The notes below the pieces were generated by a model, which was given only the letters and a program-made list of their open reading frames with translations, did no database searches and was not told the DNA's origin. From NCBI GenBank assembly GCA_027484685.1, contig JAIXSO010000066.1, positions 785 to 64,784 on the forward strand: a DNA stretch of 64,000 bases. Reading direction: 5' to 3'. Of the stretch, positions 56,870 to 64,000 are shown piece after piece; the stretch's first letter is position 1; each line of letters begins with the position of its first letter. A program made the position numbers and the translations under genes. Source of the stretch: Bacteroidota bacterium. Its GTDB lineage: Bacteria; Bacteroidota; Bacteroidia; UKL13-3.

Positions 56870-58949
56870 AAGGTTTGTTTTTATAAAATTTTTAGGTGCT
56901 TTGGCAATGGTATTTTATAGCAAAATATTGTTAGCGCAAAAATTGCAAAGCAAAACCGAAATTATTTCAACCATTATTGAAAAATTAGTTGAAAACACAG
57001 AATCTACGATAGATTACACCGATTTGCAAGCCCAACTTGAATACTTGTACGACAATAAAATCAACCTGAACAAAGCGACCGATAATGAATTAAGGCAACT
57101 TATTTTTTTGAAACAAACCGATATTTTAAGCATTTTAAAACACCAAAAACTATACGGTAATTTTGAAAGTATTTATGAGCTGCAAGCCATTGATAATTTA
57201 AGTGACGAAAGCATTTATTTTTTAAAGCATTTTGTAAGTATAAATGAAGGTAACAAGCAACTAAAATTAAGCGAAATAAAACAAGTTGGCAAAACCGAAA
57301 TTGTACTACAACATGAAAACGATTTTCAGCAACGGTTAGGTTATAAAACAGATGAACTAAAAGCACAAAACAAACAATATTATTTAGGTTCGCCCTACCG
57401 ATATGTGGTAAGAGCTAAACAAAAATTAGGGAAAAATATTGACTTAGGATTTACTGCTGAAAAAGATGCTGGTGAACAGTTTTTTGAAGGTGAACAAAGG
57501 AATGGTTTTGATTTTTATTCAGCACATATTCATATAAAAAATGTGTGGCGTTTTAGCCAAATAATTATTGGCGATTACCAAGCTAATTTTGGGCAAGGAC
57601 TGACCTTTGGTAGTGGACTTTCTGCTCGAAAATCGGCTTTTGTGTTGAATGTAAATAGGTATTTTCAAAATATAAGGCCTTACCGAAGTGTAAACGAATT
57701 TGAGTTTATGCGCGGAGCTGCCATAAACTATCAATATAAAAATTGGACCATAATTGGTTTTGTATCAAGCAAAAAAATAAACACCAATTTTCAAACTGCC
57801 GATACCAACCAAATAAACACTTTTGATGGTTTTACAGGTTTTAATGTAACAGGCTTTCACCGCACGGCCAATGAAATTGCTGATAAAGAAAATGTAAATC
57901 AAACCATTTTAGGAATTCATATACAACATGATTTTAAATTTTTACAAGTAGGATTTACAGGAATAAAAACCAATTACAGCAGTCCATTTTTACCTAGCAA
58001 TGCCTTGTACCAAAAATATAATTTTACCGGAACACAACTTATAAATGCTGGTGTAGATTATAAATTAGCCTTAGGAAATGCTTTGTTAAGTGGCGAATTT
58101 TCGAGTAGCGATAATGGTGCATTTGCCACTACTCACTCACTTTTAATTGCTTTAGATAATAAACTAGACCTTTGTTTATTATACAGAAATTTTGATAAAA
58201 ATTACCAAGTAACTTATAATAATCCATTTGCCGAAAACAGCGATGGGAGAAATGAAACAGGATTTTATTTTGGCATAAGTTATAAACCTAAAAAAGCTTT
58301 GGTATTTAATCAATACATCGATTTTTATCAATCAAAATGGCTGCGTTTTTTGGTAGACGCACCAAGTAAAGGATATGATGTTTTGAATGAAATACAGTAC
58401 AATCCTTCCAAAAATTTAAATATGTATGTGAGGTATAGATTTGAAAGCAAAGAAAAAAATGAAATTAATAATAATGAAGCACTTAACGATGTATTGGCAG
58501 TGCAAGAAAAACAGCAATTTAGATTTCATATCAAGTACAAATTGAGCCTTTTGTTAGAAGCTGAAACAAGGTTAGAACAATCATTTTTTACTACAAAAAA
58601 TATTTCGCCTAGCAATGGAACTTTAATTTACCAAGATTTAAAATTCAAAAGTAATGGGGGCAAATGGACTTTCACCACTCGATTAGCACTATTTAGTATT
58701 AACGATTACAATGCAAGAATTTATGCTTATGAAGATAATTTGCCTTATACTTTTAGCGTACCTTTATATCAAAATAGTGGCAGCAGATTTTACCTAATGG
58801 CTAAATACCAAATAAATAAAAAAGTAAAACTTTTTGCGCGTTATGCGCAAACCAAATACAATAATGTAAACATCATTGGCAGCGGATTAGAGCAAATTAA
58901 TGGAAACACCCAAAGCGATTTAAGTATACAATTACAAGTAAGTTTTTAA
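56859..58949 (+). CDS. Outer-membrane beta-barrel protein with N-terminal ComEA-like tandem helix-hairpin-helix domain
   Basis: 696 aa. Signal peptide. Two HhH motifs (LNKATDNELRQLIFLKQTDILSILK and GNFESIYELQAIDNLSDESIYFLK). About 550 aa of amphipathic beta-strands rich in Y/F/N/G, ending in a C-terminal Phe (QLQVSF). It overlaps the upstream gene by 11 bp. Confidence 0.7.
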   Translation: MANKRFVFIKFLGALAMVFYSKILLAQKLQSKTEIISTIIEKLVENTESTIDYTDLQAQLEYLYDNKINLNKATDNELRQLIFLKQTDILSILKHQKLYGNFESIYELQAIDNLSDESIYFLKHFVSINEGNKQLKLSEIKQVGKTEIVLQHENDFQQRLGYKTDELKAQNKQYYLGSPYRYVVRAKQKLGKNIDLGFTAEKDAGEQFFEGEQRNGFDFYSAHIHIKNVWRFSQIIIGDYQANFGQGLTFGSGLSARKSAFVLNVNRYFQNIRPYRSVNEFEFMRGAAINYQYKNWTIIGFVSSKKINTNFQTADTNQINTFDGFTGFNVTGFHRTANEIADKENVNQTILGIHIQHDFKFLQVGFTGIKTNYSSPFLPSNALYQKYNFTGTQLINAGVDYKLALGNALLSGEFSSSDNGAFATTHSLLIALDNKLDLCLLYRNFDKNYQVTYNNPFAENSDGRNETGFYFGISYKPKKALVFNQYIDFYQSKWLRFLVDAPSKGYDVLNEIQYNPSKNLNMYVRYRFESKEKNEINNNEALNDVLAVQEKQQFRFHIKYKLSLLLEAETRLEQSFFTTKNISPSNGTLIYQDLKFKSNGGKWTFTTRLALFSINDYNARIYAYEDNLPYTFSVPLYQNSGSRFYLMAKYQINKKVKLFARYAQTKYNNVNIIGSGLEQINGNTQSDLSIQLQVSF

Positions 58950-58960
58950 AAAGAAAAAAC

Positions 58961-59266
58961 ATGACAGAAGAACAATACAATGCCATTACAACTTGGCAAA
59001 ATAATACATTTACGCAGGCCACTGCACTTTCAAAAATTGTGCATTTAAGGCAAGAAATAGAAGAACTAGCAGATGATGTAAAAAACAATAATCCAAACCA
59101 AAACTTAGAGTTTGCAGATTGTTTTATATTGCTTTTTGGCGCAGCTAATTCGGCTGGAATGAGTTATCAAAATATTATTGATGCCATTAACCAAAAAATG
59201 GAAATTAACTACCAACGCAAATGGGGTAAACCCAATGAAGACGGGGTTGTTAACCATGTAAAGTAA
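58961..59266 (+). CDS. MazG-like nucleotide pyrophosphohydrolase domain protein (DUF550-like)
   Basis: 101 aa. All-alpha MazG-like EExxE/D region (RQEIEELADD ... EFADCFILLF). Confidence 0.55.
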   Translation: MTEEQYNAITTWQNNTFTQATALSKIVHLRQEIEELADDVKNNNPNQNLEFADCFILLFGAANSAGMSYQNIIDAINQKMEINYQRKWGKPNEDGVVNHVK

Positions 59267-59268
59267 AA

Positions 59269-60279
59269 TTAAACTAATTCTCTAAAAATATCGCGTTTTA
59301 AGCGAAACAGCACTTTTGCATCGTACATAAAAGTATCAGTTATTACTTCCATTTCTTCTTTTACTTGCTTTGGAGAACGTTTGGTATTTCCTAGTATTTT
59401 AATAACCAGTTTTTGTGTTTCAGCTTCACTCTTTCCTAGTTCGGCCATAGCGGTTTCAAGGCAAACAGTTCCTAAACCTTCATCTTTTAATTTTCCGCTT
59501 TCAGCAATCATCCAACTAAGTGCATAAAAATTAGCCGATTGAAAACAAATTGATTTGGAAATAGAAGCCACTTCGGGCATTTTATTAAATGGACTTTCTA
59601 AAACTTGTTTTGTTAAATAAAAATTTAAAGTAGGATGTGAATTTTCAATGGGTTTTAGTTGAATTAAACCATTTAAAGCTTGTGCGTAAATACTTATCCA
59701 ACGCAATTGTCTTCTAAACTCGTGCACTCCATGTTCTAAATCGTTAAAATTTAAAATGCCAATTTCGTATTTGTATTCTATTTCTTCTATGTGCTTAATA
59801 AAAACTTGCGCCATAGCGCTTCTCTCCTCCTCTACTTTTTTCCAACTTGCAGTAGCCAACTCATTTTGAATATTGGCTATTTTAGGCTTTTCAGCATTTA
59901 TCCAATTGTGTTCAATAAGCAATTCATTAAGGTTATTTAATTCCAAATTGTAATGCTGTTTTAGGTTTTGAATAATAGACTTAGGAACAGCTTTATTTTT
60001 AGAAAATAATTTTATAAAACCATCATAATAATCAATTTTACCTAATTGATCTTCGAGCATTTTAAAGGCCAAACGCATTTTTTCAAAACGTTTTTTATTA
60101 TGAATCTCTTTGTAAATTCGAGCCAATGCTTGCAAATAAAAAAGCGATTGCCTAGCATTAGATTTAAATACAACCAAAGCGGGCTCATTGGATAATTGTG
60201 CAGCTTCTAAAGTGTCATTTAAAGCATTTAAATGAATTTGAAAACGGTTATAGCCTTCGGGAAAAAGTTTATTTTTCAT
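59269..60279 (-). CDS. Hypothetical protein (336 aa), all-alpha
   Basis: ATG start and no signal peptide. Predicted helical. No confident family assignment. Confidence 0.5.
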   Translation of the reverse strand: MKNKLFPEGYNRFQIHLNALNDTLEAAQLSNEPALVVFKSNARQSLFYLQALARIYKEIHNKKRFEKMRLAFKMLEDQLGKIDYYDGFIKLFSKNKAVPKSIIQNLKQHYNLELNNLNELLIEHNWINAEKPKIANIQNELATASWKKVEEERSAMAQVFIKHIEEIEYKYEIGILNFNDLEHGVHEFRRQLRWISIYAQALNGLIQLKPIENSHPTLNFYLTKQVLESPFNKMPEVASISKSICFQSANFYALSWMIAESGKLKDEGLGTVCLETAMAELGKSEAETQKLVIKILGNTKRSPKQVKEEMEVITDTFMYDAKVLFRLKRDIFRELV

Positions 60280-60402
60280 TATGAATTATTTTAAAATGTA
60301 ATTTATTTATTTTTATGTAACAAAATACCTTTTAAAGTAAAGGTTACCTAATTCCTTACCGATTGCTGAACCACAAACATTTTGAATGGTTAAATTTTAC
60401 TT

Positions 60403-61002
60403 TTAACTCAATTTTTTATTGTTGTATTGATTGGCTCTGATATTTTGTTCTGCCAAAGCTACAGTTTCAGCAATTCTTTTTTGTTTGGTAGCGTTTTGTT
60501 TTGCATTTATTATCCATTCTAAAATTCCTCTTTTAACCGAAGGCGGAAAATTCTGCCAATTAGAAAAAGCTTGTGGGTTATTATCAAATGCCTGTTGCAA
60601 ATCGGTTGGTAGTTCTAAGTTACTTATTTTATCTAATGCATTCCAAGTACCGTTTTGCTTTGCAATTTCTATTGCATTTAAACCAGCTTGCGCCATTAAA
60701 CCTTGTTGCAATAATTTTTCAACTTTTACTTTATTTACTGCACTCCAATTGCTTTTAGGATTTCGTTTCGAAAAAAATTGATAATAACTTTCATCATCTC
60801 TTTTATTGGGCTTGCTATCAATCCAACCAAAACAAAGTGCTTCATCTACAGCCTCAGGATAATACACACTATTTACCTTACTTTCTTTTCTGTAAATAAT
60901 TAACCAAACTGAGGTTTCGGATAAATGGTTATTTGTAAGCCAATTGCGCCATTCGTTCCTACTTGTAGCATGAAAAGTTTTTATTCCATCTTTTAATTCC
61001 AT
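60403..61002 (-). CDS. YdeI/OmpD-associated family protein
   Basis: 199 aa. N-terminal WRNWL...VWLIIYRK...ALCFGWIDS and a C-terminal region typical of the YdeI / 'bacteriocin-protection' family. Confidence 0.65.
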   Translation of the reverse strand: MELKDGIKTFHATSRNEWRNWLTNNHLSETSVWLIIYRKESKVNSVYYPEAVDEALCFGWIDSKPNKRDDESYYQFFSKRNPKSNWSAVNKVKVEKLLQQGLMAQAGLNAIEIAKQNGTWNALDKISNLELPTDLQQAFDNNPQAFSNWQNFPPSVKRGILEWIINAKQNATKQKRIAETVALAEQNIRANQYNNKKLS

Positions 61003-61050
61003 CAGGTTAATTTTTAAATAAATTATCCAAAAAAAATTAATAAAAAGTGT

Positions 61051-61551
61051 TTACCACGCTTTAGATTCTTGGCTCCAAAACTCTACCCTTACTCCAGCAC
61101 TAACTACATTAGCCAACACTTCATCGCGCATGTTTTGCTCTAAACTAAAAGTATAAATTCCTTTTTGTTTAAATTTGATACGTGGTTTGTATTGCAATTG
61201 GTATTCGTAAATATCACCTAAACCTTTTCCAAACCATTTTCCCCGCTCATCTTGTAAAGTAAATTCCATTCTTTCTTTCTGAGTGGTTTTATCGGGCAAG
61301 GTTTCAGTAACCCACATAAATAAATTGCTGTATTTGTAATCACCTGTAATACGCAAGTTTATGTACATATTGCAATACTTAGTGGTATCAGCAATATTTA
61401 CATCAAACACCACCGGATTTTTATAATCCCAATTATGTTCGGTTATGTCTTTGTTTTCTTCAAAAATGGGTGGCTCAGCACACGATTGAAAATAAAAAAC
61501 TACATACAACAATGCAATTATTGAAAAAACAGATTTACTCTTTCTTATCAT
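61051..61551 (-). CDS. gldH: Gliding motility lipoprotein GldH
   Basis: 166 aa. Lipoprotein signal with a Cys in FYFQSCAEP. The size, and the position immediately downstream of the PSP1/RicT-like gene and of holB, match the gldH locus described in Flavobacterium. Confidence 0.7.
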   Translation of the reverse strand: MIRKSKSVFSIIALLYVVFYFQSCAEPPIFEENKDITEHNWDYKNPVVFDVNIADTTKYCNMYINLRITGDYKYSNLFMWVTETLPDKTTQKERMEFTLQDERGKWFGKGLGDIYEYQLQYKPRIKFKQKGIYTFSLEQNMRDEVLANVVSAGVRVEFWSQESKAW

Positions 61552-62971
61552 TGGGTTTTGGTGTATTTGGTCGGTTATTGTTATTGCGGTTTTTATTAAA
61601 CCTTGGCTTATTATTTTGTGGCTTTTCGCCTCCTTCAGCTACCGGTTTATTGTTGTTATTTGGTACTCTTTCCTCGGCAGGTTTATTAGGGTTGTTGGGC
61701 CTATTGGGTTGCTGAGGTTTTGGATTATTATTTACCGGTTTTGCATTGTTGTTATTGTTAACAGGCCTTGGTTGTTGAGGTCGGTTATTATTTACATTTT
61801 GCGGCTTACCTTCTGCATTGGCATTGCGGTTAGCATTATTTCGGTTATTATTTTTATTGCGGTTATTGTTATTACGCTTTCTATCTTTATCATCTAAACG
61901 GGTAAGGCTATCCATTCCCATATCGTTTTTAAAGTCAAGCTCAACTACTTTTTTAGGTTCGGCTTTAGGTTTTATAACCAATTCTGGTTTAACACCATCT
62001 TTATTTAAGGCCAAATATTCGTTTACTTTATCTACCCCAAGTTCAATCCACTCTCCAGCTATTTCGCCCATTGGCGCAAAAAATAATACACGTTTTAAAA
62101 TATCTGTTTTAACTTGTCGGTAACGTACATCACCCGCAAATTCCAATATGTTATTTTCTTTATCAGGAAAATCTTTTAGTGATTCTTGGTAAACATCTAA
62201 CTCAAAATTTAAGCAGCATTTTAATTTACCGCATTGGCCAGAAAGTTTAAGTTGATTAATAGATAAATTTTGGTAACGCGCGGCATTGATATGAACCATT
62301 TTAAAATCGGTAAGCCAAGTACTGCAACACAACTCGCGGCCACAGCTACCAATAGCACCAAGCCTACCTGCTTCTTGGCGGTAACCAATTTGTTTCATTT
62401 CAATCCTTACTTTGAACTCATCGGCTAATTTTTTTATCAACTCTCTAAAATCTACACGATCTTCGGCTGTATAATAAAAAGTAGCTTTACGTCTATCGCC
62501 TTGGTATTCCACATCGCTTAGTTTCATGTTTAACCCCAACTGCAATGCATGTGTTCTGGCTTTAAACATGGTTGGAATTTCTAATTCCTTGTTTTCTTTT
62601 TGCCTGGCAATGTCGGCCTCATTAGCTCTGCGCAACACACGTTTAATATGCTCGCTTTCGGGCGAAAGTCCTGCTTTTTTAAGCTGAAGTTTTACCAACT
62701 CGCCTTTTAAATTTACTTTACCAATATCGTAACCATTTTCCAATTCAACCACTACCAAATCGCCATTGGTTATATCTAAATTATTGGTATTGCGATAATA
62801 TTCTTTACGTGTACCTTTAAAACTAACTTCTACTACATTAAATAATTGAGTGTTAGGCGGCATTACTAACTCGCTTAACCAATCGTAAGTATTTAATTTA
62901 TTGCACCCTCCGGTGCTACACCCTCCGCTTGAGCAACCACCGGTGCTGCATCCTCCGCTTGAACATCCCAT
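61535..62971 (-). CDS. PSP1 C-terminal domain protein (RicT/YaaT-like) with N-terminal Cys/Gly pentapeptide repeat and Asn/Pro/Lys-rich C-terminal tail
   Basis: 478 aa. The N-terminus is MGCSSGGCSTGGCSSGGCSTGGC. The conserved PSP1 core carries Cys clusters (GSCGRELCCSTW, GQCGKLKCC). The C-terminal 130 aa are a low-complexity N/P/K/R-rich tail. Confidence 0.8.
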   Translation of the reverse strand: MGCSSGGCSTGGCSSGGCSTGGCNKLNTYDWLSELVMPPNTQLFNVVEVSFKGTRKEYYRNTNNLDITNGDLVVVELENGYDIGKVNLKGELVKLQLKKAGLSPESEHIKRVLRRANEADIARQKENKELEIPTMFKARTHALQLGLNMKLSDVEYQGDRRKATFYYTAEDRVDFRELIKKLADEFKVRIEMKQIGYRQEAGRLGAIGSCGRELCCSTWLTDFKMVHINAARYQNLSINQLKLSGQCGKLKCCLNFELDVYQESLKDFPDKENNILEFAGDVRYRQVKTDILKRVLFFAPMGEIAGEWIELGVDKVNEYLALNKDGVKPELVIKPKAEPKKVVELDFKNDMGMDSLTRLDDKDRKRNNNNRNKNNNRNNANRNANAEGKPQNVNNNRPQQPRPVNNNNNAKPVNNNPKPQQPNRPNNPNKPAEERVPNNNNKPVAEGGEKPQNNKPRFNKNRNNNNRPNTPKPNDKKE

Positions 62972-63071
62972 TTTATATTTATTTCTTTAAAAAATAATTT
63001 AACATTTAAAAAATTGATTTATTGGCCTAAAACAAAAATGCTTTAACCCAAAATATGGCCCTTCAAAAAGT

Positions 63072-64000
63072 TTATTTTTTGACAGTAGCCATTTGTAATT
63101 GTTTGCCAATATACATAGAAAGATTTAAATACATAATCTTTACACTTGCATTGCGCTCTACATGAAAAATTGCTTCGTCAATTGCGGTAGTAATTAAGCT
63201 CAAATTATTGGGCGTAAATACTGCACTGAATTGATTTAAAAAAGCCAACTCGGCTTCGGTATTTTTACGCAACGATGGATGGCCATATTTGTAAATAAAA
63301 GCCGACCTAATCATTTGACTGCTGTAAGTTAAAAAGCTTTTTACTTGCTCGCGGCCCACCATGGAAAGTCTATCAATTAGTGCAGTTAAATCATCTGGCT
63401 GACCTACTTGCATAGGTTTGTTATAAGCAAACGATTTACGCATCCATTCAATAAAAGTATTTAAATAATCGCCATGTTCAATATCAATTAAACTCAAAGC
63501 CAAATTGTAATTGCCACTTACCAAGCGGGCTATGGCTTGCGCTTTTTCACCTTCTATTTGATGGTTTTGAACCAAACTTTGCTCAATATCTTCATCTAAA
63601 ACCTTTGGAACTTTTATTAACTGTGTTCGCGATAAAATGGTAGCCAATACTTTTTCACTATCGTTAGCCACTAAAATAATTAAAGTATTTTCAGGTGGTT
63701 CTTCCAACAATTTTAAAATAATATTGCCTTCGGCTTTCATATACTCAGGCATCCAAATAATAAGCGTTTTGTATTTAGCTTCGTAAGCTTTTAAGCTTAA
63801 TTTTCTAATAATATCGCGGCATTCTTCGGCAGTAATATTTCCTTGTTTATTTCCAGCACTATCTAAGTTACATAGCCAATCAAAATCGTTCATGTAAGGA
63901 TTGGCAATGATGGCTTCTCTAAAATCGGCCAACACATCAATACTTAGCTTAGTTGGCGAAATAGTTGGGTAAGTAAAATGCAAATCAGGATGAATGTATT
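63072..64000 (-). CDS. holB: DNA polymerase III subunit delta-prime (partial, N-terminus beyond the window)
   Basis: AAA+ clamp-loader lid and C-terminal domains. The reading frame continues upstream through ...YIHPD(L)HFTYP, the conserved HPD motif, to the window edge. The track start at 63983 is a TTG, not a real start. Confidence 0.8.
   Translation of the reverse strand, partial: YIHPDLHFTYPTISPTKLSIDVLADFREAIIANPYMNDFDWLCNLDSAGNKQGNITAEECRDIIRKLSLKAYEAKYKTLIIWMPEYMKAEGNIILKLLEEPPENTLIILVANDSEKVLATILSRTQLIKVPKVLDEDIEQSLVQNHQIEGEKAQAIARLVSGNYNLALSLIDIEHGDYLNTFIEWMRKSFAYNKPMQVGQPDDLTALIDRLSMVGREQVKSFLTYSSQMIRSAFIYKYGHPSLRKNTEAELAFLNQFSAVFTPNNLSLITTAIDEAIFHVERNASVKIMYLNLSMYIGKQLQMATVKK

Noticed and set aside
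61470-62123. Three plus-strand ORFs (81, 93, 101 aa) rich in L/R/I
   Set aside because: They are antisense translations of the low-complexity Asn/Pro/Lys tail region of the PSP1 gene. The repetitive codons give long open frames by chance.

Overview
This is low-GC chromosomal DNA from a Bacteroidota organism, most likely a Flavobacteriia-type gliding bacterium. The evidence is the T9SS type A and type B C-terminal sorting domains, gldH, the uppS-bamA-skp-skp cluster, a GH3-family gene, and a TAnnTTTG-like AT-rich promoter context. Most of the window is conserved housekeeping synteny: guaB, pdxJ, accB/accC, the fabH-plsX-rpmF-yceD cluster, uppS-bamA-skp-skp, dsbD and holB. Accessory cargo is interleaved with it. 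(1) At 45.6-59 kb there is a 13-kb island organised around an ECF sigma factor. A membrane-anchored anti-sigma-like protein in that island carries a T9SS type-B C-terminal domain. It is co-oriented with a 1984-aa type-B-CTD adhesin. Divergently transcribed are a 929-aa beta-propeller type-B-CTD protein, a PorQ/PorV-like beta-barrel and an outer-membrane barrel with an N-terminal ComEA-like helix-hairpin-helix domain. This is the most novel-looking system in the window. (2) An ABC/HlyD/TolC tripartite exporter whose ATPase domain has degenerate catalytic motifs. (3) A secreted hypothetical gene bracketed by perfect 33-bp direct repeats. (4) Two GC-rich structured islands in AT-rich spacers, candidate ncRNA or leader elements. 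(5) A subtilase with three near-identical 270-bp tandem Ig-like (He_PIG) repeats and a T9SS type A tail. (6) An IS256-family transposase remnant at the left edge. Several genes appear to use TTG or GTG starts. Start coordinates were adjusted where an in-frame ATG with a better signal peptide exists.
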